In this document: piece after piece, positions 28,009 to 48,848 of the stretch
How positions within the stretch are numbered: the first letter of the stretch is position 1
Layout of the letters: every line of letters starts with the position of its first letter
The notes under the pieces: model-generated
Database searches by the model: none
What the model was told of the DNA's origin: nothing
The model's input: the letters and a program-made list of their open reading frames with translations, nothing else
From: Salpingoeca rosetta
Lineage: Eukaryota; Protista; Choanoflagellata
Assembly (NCBI GenBank): GCA_033442325.1
Contig: JAWQFM010000003.1
Span: forward strand, 2,554,324 to 2,618,323
Reading direction: 5' to 3'
DNA: 64,000 nucleotides
Position numbers and translations under genes: made by a program

Positions 28009-31000
28009 TCACGACTGCGCTTCTGCGGTGGCGCTCAGCTTGGCGCGCTTTGAGTTCTGCTGTTCTTCGGCAGCGCCGTCTCCATCGACGACCGCCGCTC
28101 CAACGTGGTTGGCACCGCGCTCGCTGTCCTTGGTGCTGTCCTTGGTACTGTCTTTGGTGCTGTCCTTGGATTGGGTTGGGCGGCGTGCTGCTGCTGAGGG
28201 CTTTGCTGGTTGCTGAGAAGCACGTGCACGCGTCGCATCCGCGTCCGCGCCATTGCCATTGGTAGGCTGGGCGCTGCTAGCACCACGCTTGGCCATGTCA
28301 GCAGCAACGCCAGCACCGCCGTACGCGTCCCCCACAGCCTTTTGCTCGAGTGCACCGGCATCCAACGACTCGTCGCCTTCCTCGCCGTCTTCTTCCTCGT
28401 CGTCATGCTCATTGTCCGTGCTGATGTTGCCACCATCATCGTCGTCATCACCGTCATGGCTGCTGTCGCCGCCGCCGCTCTGGTTTGCCGTCGCGCCGCG
28501 CTTTGCACTTGAAGCCGTCCTGGCATTCTTCGCAGCGAGCTCCTGTAGACGAACGCGTCGCTTCTCAAGCACTGATGAACACACACACACACACAAAGGC
28601 GGTGGGGGCGAAGTAGGGTGCGGTAAGTTGTGAGTGGTGAGTGGTTAAGGCTTTAAGGGTATGTGTGGTGGTTGCGGCGACAATGATTGATGGAGAGCCG
28701 ACAAGAAAAAAAAACTGCAGGCTTAAGCGTGGTGTTGTTGGCGCTCAATGGCAGTTGCACGTGCAGTCCTTCTTCTCAGGCACAGAGAGACTCACGGCTT
28801 TCAACGACGGACACGTCATAATCCATGACAGCAAGTGTTCGACACTGCGTGCACTTGACGTCTGTGATTGGGGAGGGGAATCAGGAAGGGAGGGAATGAT
28901 GGGCAGCCAGGTTTGGTGAGTCGAAAAATAACCGACACGCGACACAACGGTGCCCCTGCACAACGGAACACGCACGCACAAACGCACAGACATAGATACA
29001 CAGACACGTACAGACAGGCAGACAGACAGACATACACAAAACACAGACAAAAAGCTGAAAGCTTACATGATGGCACCATGTGGTGGAAGTGTTCACGAGT
29101 GCATGCGTGGTTTCGTGGACAGCCGCGCGCGAGCTTTAGCAACTCTGCAACGTCAGGCAGGCGTGGCCAATGCACAAGAAGGAAGAGAAGGAAATCAACA
29201 AGGTAAGAACTGAGGAGCATGGTTGTTGCGGGCTGTGGCTGACGACGACTCTATCAGGCCAGCGTTGGGGCGCACGACTCAAGTTGCATGCAAATCCACG
29301 AGACTACTGACTTTGTTTGAACTCCTTGGGGGTCATGGTGTGCTTGCCGAGAGTGCGATACACCTTTGCAATGTCGTTGTACACGCCGCTGGAAAAAACA
29401 CGCCGAGGACATAAGTGTTAGAAACAGCACCCAGTTGAGAGCCAACCAAATTACGGCACCGTGTGAGCACTTTGCAGAACGTATCGTTCACAGTACAGGC
29501 CGTGTGGTCCAAGCATGCACGTGCATCTGTCACACAGGTCACGACGTATCATCACATCATTGCACAAAATCTACTTCTAAAACGACGCAACGCAGCTCGC
29601 AACACACACCACTCAAGCATTGACAACCACACTTGCACAACGCGCAATCACACACACACACACACACACACACAACTTTGCGCATATTTGCAGAGTGACT
29701 ACACGTCAGCATATAGGACCACCATCACTCTTTTACATACCCGTAGCATGTGGAACAGAGCCTGTTCAAGAATGTGGTCAAGGTCAACAACCGGACAACC
29801 CACCCCGGGAGAAGAGCGCTGACGTGAGTAAATGTTGTGGAATTGTTGGTTCCCAAGAAACACGATTGCAAGGAGAACACAATCAACCCCAAGCAGCACC
29901 AAGCACAAACACGAACCCATACACAGTGCGCGAAACAAGAGAACACTGTTTATTCGCGGGAGAGCAGGACCTACTTTGATGAGGTGTGCCTGCCTGGGCC
30001 TTGGCAGATTGGACACGTTGGCCGGGGCTTGCGGCCGCGTCGTCTGGTGGGTGGCACGGCACGGTAGCCAGACTGTGCGTCCATGGCAGGTGCAGACATG
30101 GGCGTGAAGCCTCCGCCAACGGACAGCTGTGACGGCATGACGGCGGCAGACACGGGGCTTTGTTGGTATGGCATGGTGGAGGGCATAGCGCCCGTTGGAA
30201 AAGCACCTGTAGAGAACGCGTGCAATGCGGCTGGTTGGTGCTGCGAAGCAAACATCCACGGCTGCATGCTCGCGGCTGGGTTGGCGGCCATGAACCAAGG
30301 GTTGCTGGTTGGCTGCTGCTGCTGTGGTTGTTGTTGCTGTTGCTGCTGCGTTGGGTCACGGCCATCCTGTGCGGTCTGCTGTCGCAGCGGCGGCATACTG
30401 TGCTGCTGAAACATCATTTGTGGTGGAAGCATCTGGGCTACCGATGATCCAGGATACGCCCTCGCTTGCTGCTGTTGCTGTCGTGCTTGCTCAGATTGCC
30501 CAGGCTCCTGCAGTTGCGCATTCTGTTGCTGCTGCTGCTGCTGCTGGAGCTGGTTCATTGCCATCTGCAACTGCATGGCATAGAGCTGCTGTTGCTGCCA
30601 GGCGGCCAGCTGTTGAGGGTCGAATCCAGAGCCACCCATGGCTGCAGGGGTGACTCTGGCCTGTGGCTCCATGCTTGAAGGCGCACCCTGATCTGGCACC
30701 AGGGGACCGGCAGGCGGCTGTGCGCGCTGCTGCTGCTGCTGCTGCAGTAATTGCTGCACCGGCGCGGACTGGAGTTGCACGGCCCGCTTCTGCACGCCTT
30801 TGGTGTTGTTGTTGTTGTTGTTGCTGCTGCTGCTTGCGTTTGCGTTTGCGTTTGCGTTGCTGCCGCCGCTGCGCTGGGTTGGTGGCCCTGCCTCGGTGTC
30901 AGCAACAGAACGGGGCATGGCAATTGCGTTCTTATCGCCCATGAAGCTGTCCGGACCGAAGGACAGCAAGTGAGGGAGAAGGCGGACAGGGGGGGGGGGG

Positions 31001-31033
31001 GAGGCTGGAAGTTAGGCGCACGGTGCTGCTGCC

Positions 31034-31064
<31 letters not shown>

Positions 31065-32300
31065 TTGTTGTTGAAGGAAATGCTTGCCTGCAAGCAAGCA
31101 AAGTGATAAACGGAAGCAAAACAACGATAGGCGAAGACATGCAATGGCGGGTATGAGTTCAAGACTTCCACCAAACAATTCGACACACAGACAGACAAGA
31201 CAGACACACACAGACAGACACGCATATTTCATACACTCAGGATGGTTCGAACGGAAAGCGCGGCACTCACTCAGAAGCTTTGGTGTAGTGCTCGGTTGGG
31301 CTTTTGGGCGGTGGTGGCACACCTACCGTATGCAAATGGCAGTGGAACCTGGCTCGACACTGGAGCAAATGAGTGCAGATGACCGACAAAGTGCAAGCAG
31401 GAGATGGGGGTGAGGGCGATGCGTGAAAGATGCTGAGGATGCTTGAAAAAGGATGTTGCTGAATTCGATGGAATGGAATCAAGACGAAAAGGGGCAAAGC
31501 AAGCCCGGTATGATGATTGGTGTGGATATAGCAAGCAAGCGAGCGAACGCTGGATGCGATTAACAGTAGCACAAGAATTAGCAAGGAAACAAAAGGTAGA
31601 GGGAGAAGAAAAGACGAAGATGAGACAAAGGGAGGGAGAGGAAGACAGAGAGAGGGGAAAAAGAAACGGAGAAGGAAAGAGGGCCTGGAAGTACAACAAC
31701 AAGGAGACAAGGAAAAAAAAAAGCAGGAAGGAATCGCGGTGTGCGCGCAGCTTGCACGCAAGCAAGCAAGACAAACGCTCAGGGATATGGGGCTCTCAGT
31801 AGTGAGCTTGCGCTTTGCACCCCGCAAACAAAACACAGGCAAAAAGGCAGCAAACAGGAGAACATGCAAGCTTACGGTGAGTGATGTGACAACAGGCTGC
31901 TGACTGAACGAACAGCTGTGCCCACTGCTGCAATTGCGTTGCCTGCAGGCACGAACAGAAATGAGAGGGAGCGGGAGAAAGAGAAACAGGCAACGAAAAT
32001 GAACAATGGTGGGTTGGGGATATGGGTTTCGTGGTCGCCAGAAAGGGAAGACGAGTGTCGAAACACATAAGTTGACAGTCCGTTGAGCAGATACAAGAGC
32101 GGCATGGAGCAGGATCGAGGATCGAAGAAGAAGAAGGAGGAGGAAGCAGCACAAGCAGCAGCTGGGTGATGCCAGGGAAACGGCGATGTTCCTGGTGGTG
32201 ACTGGGTTTGAGGTGTTTGAGTGCACTTACCGTTGCTGTGCGCAACAGGGAGTGTAGTAGGATTGACAAGCGCTTTGCTTCTTGCGAGTTGCACCTTCAT
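28009..32300 (-). CDS. Q-rich putative transcription factor with a nuclear-receptor-like double C4 zinc finger; exons 32300-32231, 31322-31271, 31087-31022, 30946-29975, 29761-29741, 29388-29312, 29144-29067, 28861-28796, 28571-28009
   Basis: All eight junctions are GT-AG with matching phases (1,2,2,2,2,1,1,1). The spliced domain reads RRRGRKPRPTCPICQGPGRHTSSKLCSTCYGGVYNDIAKVYRTLGKHTMTPKEFKQKLLKLARGCPRNHACTREHFHHMVPSYVKCTQCRTLAVMDYDVSVVESLLEKRRVRL. The three 5' exons are less certain. Confidence 0.75.
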
Positions 32301-33662
32301 GAAGTTCAGGAAGGAGACGGACAACGATCTCTCCTTGGCTGCTTGTGGTGGCACTGTGCGGGCAGCTGCGCGAGGAAGCTGTTGCTGCTGCTGCTGCGGC
32401 GGCGGCGGCGTGGGCGGCGTGGCTGGGAAGCAAACCAACACCAAAACCAAAACAATTGCCGCAGGCGGCTTTGTGTGGAGTGGGAAACAGACAAGTGGCG
32501 GTCTTGCAAGTCTGCAAGTCGGTGGGGTGAGATTTGATCTCGCAATCTCCGACGCCTTGAGGGAGAAGCGATAGGGGCAACCATGCACACGAAAACCCGG
32601 TTGGGAATCGAGGTGGCAGTTCACAACAATGAAGTTCAAGGAAATGAGAAATGAGCGCTTGTTGCGTTGCACGCCTGCAGGCAGGCGAGAGGGCGCGTTG
32701 CTTCTGCGGCGACAATGGGCGTGTTCTGCGAGCGTGCGAAAGGTGCAAGCAAGGAGCTGAGGGAGCTGGAAAACAGCCAGGGATCGTGCGTGGAGAGCAA
32801 CCCAACGGCGACACCGCAACCCGGCAACGCACAATGGATGAGAGACCGGCTGTGGATGTTGCTGCAGGTGGCGTGCCGAACAACCAAAAGGCGAGGAGAA
32901 AGCCCACGGCTAGGCCAGCAATCCGCCAAACGGCAACAAGCCAGGCTGGTTGAAGGGGTTGAGCGCTGTGTTTTGGCAAACGTCAATCACTTCGTGCGCG
33001 TGTGGGTGCGTTGTGCTTTGAGTTGCAGTTGGTGGCGTGATGTCGCAGCGCACACGCAACTTGGAATGCCCCGGGTGTGAAAATTCGAAGCACACTCGAA
33101 CAAAGCGTTCACGGCGGGCTTGATTGCTCCGCCTTGCTTGCTTGCGGCCATTTGCTTGGCGCTGCGTGGGTGACGTGGCACGGCGGGATTGCTCGTGCTG
33201 CTGCTGCCACGAATGCTGATGATGATGGCATGCAGGGGTTGGTTGGCTGGCAAATTTATTTGGTGTGTGTGTGTGTGGGGGCGACAATCAGCACCGTTGT
33301 GTTGGCGGAAGTGGTGCACTTCCTTCTGCGTGCTTGTGCGTGCTTGTGCGTGCTTGCGAAGGGTGGGACACTTAAATCTGGACGTGGACCCTTAGAGGGA
33401 CAAATAGACGAATTCGGTGCGGTCGACATGACGAAAGCTGGCCCCGTTTGACCATTTGCACATGATTATGTCGGCTATGGAACGACAACGCAACATGCGT
33501 GGGACATGCGTGGGACAGTGCGTTCGGGTGGTTGTGAAATTTTAACCTTGGGTGGCGACGCAGTCGTAGCAGCAGCTGGGGAAAATTTGAACCGAACACG
33601 AGTGATGATGAGGGCGCGAAAGTTGGCGCGGGGTTGGATACAGCGAGGTGGAGGGGAGAGAA

Positions 33663-33728
33663 GGAAAAGGAGAACAACGTCCATGGGCAAGCAGAAAGGG
33701 GGAAAAGGAGAACAACGTCCATGGGCAA
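33663..33728. repeat. Exact 28-bp direct repeat (38-bp period) in the long region upstream of the zinc-finger gene
   Basis: ggaaaaggagaacaacgtccatgggcaa occurs at 33663-33690 and 33701-33728. Confidence 0.85.
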
Positions 33729-34099
33729 TGAGAAAAGGAACTGCATTCATAACATTGTAAACCTGAACAGAGTAGAGCGAGTGCCATGAGGACAGAAGCA
33801 CATGTGACGTAAGTTGGCTTATCAACACGTGTGAACAAGACAAAGGGAAGGTACAGCGATGCAGAGGGAATAGTAAGCGAACACTGTAACCTCACAAACA
33901 CGGACCCAGAGGGACTCAAAGAGACTGGAAGGAGGGCGGTGTGGAGAAAGTCAATAACGGGAAGGAGGGCGGTGTGGGAAGAGAGGTGAACACATGCAGA
34001 CACACAGACACCCAGACCCAGACCCAGACAGACACAGACACACAGACACACAGACACACAGACACACAGACACACACACACACACACACACACATGTGC

Positions 34100-34865
34100 T
34101 CAACAGTGGGGCTCGCCGCCACCAAGACGGTGCACGGCATTGTCGAGTGCCATCTCAATCTGACAGTGGCTCTGCAGGATGCTGAGCTTGGGCCACGTGG
34201 CCAGCTGTCCCACAAGCACGCCGTGCCGCACCCGCTCAGGCGTTGGATTCGACACCAGGCTGGACACGTGCGAGCGAGTGAGCAAGACGTGAGCAAGCGA
34301 GTGAGGGAGAATTGAAGGTGGTGATGGTGATGGGGAGTGGATTGCATGCGTACAGGAATGTAAGAACGCGCGGGAAAGTAAGAACGCGCGTACAGGAGCA
34401 AGAGAAGCCTTTGCACAAACAGGCAACACTCCGACATCATACCATACGTATCACACGCAGTTCCACACACGCTCCACGCACCCACCTCCACACTTCCCAC
34501 TTCCACAAACGCACTAGAGATAATCGTTGAGGGTGACGCGTGGGGTGACTGTGATGTCACCGCTGTAGGGCTGTGATAACAAGTGGCTGAAGTTCTTGAT
34601 CCAGTGAGGTTTGAACCCAAGCTTGAGCAGCTGTTCAAGCCGATACAGCATCTGTGCACGGGGTGTGTATGTGCGTGAGTGAGTGCATGTGTGAGAGTTG
34701 GGGCGTGTGGGAGAGTCAGCACGCGCAAAGAAATGGTTGATGGACGAGGCACAAACAAGATCAAGCGTGGCAGGACAGCACATGAAGAGACAGAAAACCG
34801 TTCGGCAGGCAGCATGACTCACACGTCACCTGACAGAAGCACAACACACACACAAACACACACAA

Positions 34866-34896
<31 letters not shown>

Positions 34897-35144
34897 CACA
34901 CAAACAAACACACACACACACACACCTCGGAGCGCACGAGCTGCAGGAGTCGACTGTTCCAGAAGGAGCGATAGCGCAGAAACGGGAGAATATGCGGATT
35001 CACCTGCAAACGGTGGTGGTTGGTTTGCAAGTTGTGGTTGCGTTCGTCGAGACACGCAGAGCGAATGAGAAATGGAGGGCATAGGTGGGTCACACTCGCG
35101 TCACACAATATACAATGTAAGTGTGTTCGAGAGAACAGTTGGTC

Positions 35145-35193
<49 letters not shown>

Positions 35194-38100
35194 GGCAGGC
35201 AGACAGACAGACAGACACACACACACACACACGCACGCACCAGCACAGACAAGCGCACAACATACTTGGCTGACGATAAAATGGTTCACATTAAAGTGCT
35301 CAGCCAGCTGTTCCATGGGCAAATCTGTCTCCATCGAGCCTGGTTGCGCGGCACAAGCGAAAGCAGGAAAGGGCAAAGGGAAAAGCGAACGAGGTGAAGC
35401 AGGTGAGGCAGATGCGACGTGCAAGGGAGGGGGAGGTGGTGAGCAACGCATGCGACTAAGACAAGAGTGGAGGCTCAATCCGAAACACATAGGCGATCAC
35501 AGTCAGGAACAACAACAAGAACAACAAGAACAACAAGAACAACAACAACAAGAACAAGAACAACAACTTAAACAACAACAACAACAAGAGCAAGAACAAC
35601 AACAACAACATGCTGGCCAAGTCAAACTATTCACATCAGGTGGTTCCAAGGGCGCTCACCCTCTCTCACGTACCGTCACTCCACACTTGTCCGCCCGGGT
35701 TCCACGCCACGCGACGCCCATGCCCAAACTCAGCCTTGATCTGTGATGTGAAACAGGTGAGTGGATGAGCAAGTCAAAGAGGAAGTGGGGAGACAAAGTG
35801 GAAGGTGAGAAGAGGAGACGGAAGCGAAGGTATGACACACTGCCAGCATCGCAATAACGAACAACACAAAGAATAAGAGCAACAAACAACAAACAAACAA
35901 ACAAACAAACAAACAAACCAATAAACAACCACATACACATACACGCACACACGCACACAAACCCACCTCGACGGTGTCAAAGAGGCCCATGAGAGCGCAG
36001 GAGGCGCACGCGGCGCTGGCGATGACGACATTCGGGGCAGTGAGGTGGTTGAGCAGGCGTGGCGACTCGCTCTGCATATTGCCGGTGGCACGCGTGCATG
36101 TGCATGCGTTAAAATCGTTTGGGTTGTTTGGGTGTGCCGTTGTGGTTGTGGTTGTGTTTGGTCAGTTGGTTGTGTTGTGTTGTGTTGTGTTGAAGACGAA
36201 GGGGAAGCGAGTGTCAGCGCAAATTTGTCACATGTACATGTGTGCAACGCAAGGTTGTGGAATGCGGAGCGATTAGTGCACAGCCACCACGCGCGTTGTT
36301 CCCAAGGCCCAGGTGCATGCAAGAACACGATGGTGACAGCAACTCACGGAATCGCGGGCGTTGATGGTGATGTTCAGCACACGGCCCGTTCGCTTGTACG
36401 CCTCCTGTCAAGCAGTGAAACGTGGGTGTTGGTCGTTGGCCATGGCATGCAAATTCTTGCTCTGTGGGCTTGTGACACGATGGCCAAAATTCAACCCCCC
36501 CCTCCCGGGAAACAACATTCACCCCTGTGGACCATCCCACGAGTACCGTAAGACAGGCGGGGCAATTGGGACGCCACAGTGGAACTCAGTTGTTGTCGCA
36601 CCTCAAACGTGATGTCACCGATGTTGTCATAGATGCACTTCTCCAGCACACGCACGTCCGCCATTGACCCGGTCCTGGGCAGCAGCGCATGCCGTGCAAG
36701 GGGGGGGGGGCCGGTGAGCAAGTAGGTGAGAATGTGAGCCTATTGAAGTGAGTCAAAGTGGGTAAAGGTCACGCACGTACGTTGGGAAGGAAATTGGCGG
36801 AGTGACCAAGGACAAATGCACACTCCACCCACTGCTCTGTCTTCCCCTTCGTTCCCGGTCACACCTGAAGAGGCGCCGAAGGAGCGACGCAAAGTCAACG
36901 TCTTCCCCGTCAGGCACCAGCAGATTCCTGTGCCACACACATTCAAATGTTGCCGAGTGCGTGAAGATGAGACAGGTGCGCGTGGAGTATTCCTGTATCC
37001 ACCTCACACCAAACACGTCCAATGCACATGTACACATGCATGCATGCATGCATGCATCATGCGCACGCGTACGCACACATACACAGACACAGGAACAGGC
37101 ACAGGCACATGCACACACACAGACAGACACTCACACACCCACACCCACACCCACATACACACATACAAACAGACATACACACCCACACAACCACAACTGA
37201 CCAGTTTTTGACGTCTGGAATCTCATTCTCGAAGAACTCGTCCAGCTCCTCGTCCGTGCGCGTGCAGATGAGACTGGCCATCAGAGAGCCTGCCGACGAC
37301 CCGGACAGAATGCGCGGCAACAGCCCTTCCTTATGCAACACACGCACAACACCGAGGTGGTAGATGCCAAAGCCGCCACCGCCACTCAGCAGCAGCGCAG
37401 AGCGGCCAAACGAGCTTCGCATTGCCTCAAACATCTGCAGCTTGTCCTCGTGCGAGAGGCCAGGGATGTTTGTGTCCGCGAGGTAGTTGATTTGGTACAC
37501 CACCTCGCTCACGTACTGCTCAATCAGGTCCTTCGTGCCGTGGTAGCACCGCTCAAACAGCTTTGGGTTGCCCATGTTGGCCAGGTTGCGGTGTAAGGTC
37601 GTGCGGAGCAGCCACGCCATGCGTGCGCGGTCGTCCTTCATGCGCGCCTGGTAAAACGCGTCCAGGTGGTCACGCAGCAGCATGTAGTCGTACAGCGTGC
37701 TCTCAAACCCCATCTTCCACGTCACGTTCCCCACCAGCTTGTCGAGCTGGATGGCCGTGTCCTTCCACTCGTCGTACGTGCGCGCATGTTTGAGCTGGTA
37801 TCGCAGCGTGGCCTTGAGGCTTGAGCGCTGCGACGGGCCCAGGCCACGCGTCAGCCAGTGCGCGGCAATCTGGTTGGCCACGTCGCACACGTCTGCAAAC
37901 AGCTCCACCACGCCCGTCACAATGCTTCGCGTGCCAGAGAGGGAGCCTGTCGTTACCCACGCAAAGCGCACCAGCACGGCACGCAGCACGTGCACTACCG
38001 TCCACACCGCCATCAGCAGCGCTGTCTTGAGGTGCAGCAGGCTGTCGCGCGCCCACCACGCCCCCTGTTGCCAATACCGCCGCCACCACGACGCTGTCCT

Positions 38101-39208
38101 CGCGCCAGCATCTGGTTCTGTGATGTGATCGTAAACGCGTACCCAGAATGATTCACAACAGCACGACGTGCATGCATGGACATGATGTACGAACGTGAGC
38201 ATGCAGGTACACGTGCGGCTGCGCGTGCAGATATTCAACGACAAGACAAAGGCAACAGGCACTTTGCAAGCGGTGAACACACACACACACACCAAAAGAA
38301 AGAAACCCCAACCATACTTACACACACACACATGCACGCGCATGCATGGACAAACAGACAGACAAACGGACAGATAGAGATAGGCAGAGAGAGAGATGCA
38401 GCCACACACACAAACAAACAAAAAAGCACACAAAAAAACACAGACACCACACATCACACACACACACACACACACATACATACACACCTGCGCTTGTTGC
38501 TGGTGCCTCGTCGTGTTGGGTACCGGGGAAGTGGAGATTGCGGTTGAAGCGACGGGAGCCTGCTGCGGCCCGTCTTCTGCTGTTCTTGTCCCTTGCAGTT
38601 GCATGTGGGTCGTTTGCAATGCCAGAGTCTTGGTGGTCTAATACACCGTCCTGTTGGGCCAAAGGTGACCTGATACGCTCGCGGCCAACGACACCGGTGC
38701 TGCTGGAGCGCAAGGAGAGACGAGCTGTGGCTGTTTTGTCAGCAGCACCGACACCATTGCCGCTGGTACTTACACTCGCTTCTTCTTTGCCTTCATCATC
38801 ATCTTCGTCTTCTGCAACACCATTTACACCATCAGCGTTCTTGTTGTCGGCGTTGTCGTCGTCGTCGTCGTCGTCGTCGTCGTCCTTGTCGTTGCTGATT
38901 CCTCGCACGTCGTCATCCTCTGATTCATCCGAGGTGGGTGCATGACTGTGGTCGTTGGGAATGGGGCTGCTCCTGATGCTGCTGACGCTGCTGTCATCCA
39001 GCATGGGTCTGGGTTGTCTATCGTGGTTCGTCGTGGTGTCAGCCAAGTGTTTGATGGTGCCATCGACACCATCCACGTGTCTGTCATGGTTGTGGTTGGA
39101 ACTGCCAAAGGTGGCCTTGAATCCTTTCCATACATTCGACAATGTCGCTGATTTCGGTGAACGAGAAGGGCTACTACTGCCCACAGCATCGCCACCCTCT
39201 GTCTCCAT
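34100..39208 (-). CDS. Patatin-domain triacylglycerol lipase (TGL3/4/5-SDP1 type), ~11 exons
   Basis: Motifs FGRSALLLSGGGGFGIYHLGVV, LLPRILSGSSAGS (GxSxG), GDITFEEAYKRTGRVLNI, PRLLNHLTAPNVVIASA..ASCA, WSDGSMETDLPM (DG), FNVNHFIVSQVNPH and Q.Y.GDIT. Confidence 0.93.
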
Positions 39209-39209
39209 G

Positions 39210-39324
<115 letters not shown>

Positions 39325-39465
39325 ACGGATGCTGTGTTTGAAGCGAAGCAAGTGCAAGCGCAGCAATGCGAGAGAGCTGCGTGGGGAGGAAGCGAAAACC
39401 AAACAAACCAAGGAAATGTGTTGGAAGTTTTCCACAAATCGCCAACAACAGAGGCAAAGTCGACA

Positions 39466-45489
<6,024 letters not shown>

Positions 45490-45752
45490 GCGCAACCTCC
45501 CACGCCCACACACAGCTGTCGTCACCAACACATGCGGACCTGCTCTTCATGATGTTATGATTGCACGCATGGCCACGTGCTGCAACTCGCCTCGCACTTT
45601 GCCCTCCCCTCCCGCCTTCTCCAAAATCTCTTGTGCTTTCCACGCGTGTTTCGTTCAAGTGGGTACAAAAGTCACCACAACTTGTACTGTGGACGGTTAC
45701 AACCAACAATGAAACAACTCAAAACAGAAAACACGACAACCACTGCAACGGC

Positions 45753-47782
<2,030 letters not shown>

Positions 47783-47988
47783 GGCTGCGTGTGTGTGGGT
47801 GTGATGGGTGCTGGGCAAGCGAGAGCGCAGGTGGGCAGCAGTTGCTCGTCTTGTCTTAGGTGTGAAAAAGGCCTCGTGTGTGTGCAGGCGAAGCAGTAGA
47901 CAGCAAGAAAAAGGCACACCCAAGCAAGAGGAAGGAGAAAGCGGTGGGTTGGCCACCAATAATTCTATCGTCGAAAATTCGTCGTATC

Positions 47989-48848
47989 ATGCCTGGATAT
48001 CGCGCAGCTGCAAGGGTGAGGGCAAGCAAGCAAGACGATGAGGACGATGGTGGTGGTGGTGGCAGTGGTGGTGGTGGCAGTGGTCGTGAAGGTCTCATGG
48101 CAGCCTGCATGCTAGCAGCTCTGTGGCTGTGCCTGGCTCGCAGTTGGATGTTGGATGGCGTCAGCCAACAGCGACGTTGTGCGCAAATCCAAACATACGC
48201 TCACGTTGGCGACATGTCGCATCACATCACACCACATCACATTCGAATGTGGCCACGTTTGCTTTCCACCAACCATTCGTGTTTGCACTTCTCCGGCTGA
48301 CGTTGTTAGGTGCTCGTTCGCTGCGCAAGCAGCAGCACCAAGAAGGCAAGCAAAGCCGCCAAGCCCACCAAGGCCGCCAAGGCCACCGCTTCCAAGAAGA
48401 GCGCCTCTTCTGCCGCCGCCAACAAGAAGACAGCTGCCGCTGGTCAGTGTTGTTGCCTCCCCCCGTGCCACTAACCGACTGTGGTGTCATGCTCACGCTT
48501 GCTTGGATGTCTGCATGAACTCCACTGCCTGCTTACACACACATACTGGCACACACTGACACACATTCACGCACACACTCACTCACAATGATGCACGCCG
48601 ACGCACGTACGCGTCCACACTCCTGACACACAACCACACAACCCCCCCCCCCCCACACACACAACCACATTCATCACTATGCAGAGAGCAAGTACAAGAC
48701 AGATGTTGCAAACGAAAAGGGCTACTATGGACGCTCTGTGCCTTACTCAAACGTGCACACGTCCCAGCTGGATGCCTACTATGACCTGACCCTAGAGATG
48801 GCAAACAAGCGGCTGCCCCAGCCAAGGCCAGCCAACTACACCAAGTAG
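47989..48848 (+). CDS. NDUFV3: NDUFV3-like (complex I 10-kDa flavoprotein subunit), 107 aa; exons 47989-48015, 48310-48442, 48685-48848
   Basis: Splices in frame to MPGYRAAARVLVRCASSSTKKASKAAKPTKAAKATASKKSASSAAANKKTAAAESKYKTDVANEKGYYGRSVPYSNVHTSQLDAYYDLTLEMANKRLPQPRPANYTK*. The C-terminal Y.N......YYDL.LEM...RLPQP matches the NDUFV3 motif (F.DL..E...R.PQP). Confidence 0.75.

Noticed and set aside
31267-32979. Long ORFs (250-320 aa) on the minus strand
   Set aside because: They reflect pyrimidine-rich intron/UTR composition; only the short exon segments of the zinc-finger gene are supported.
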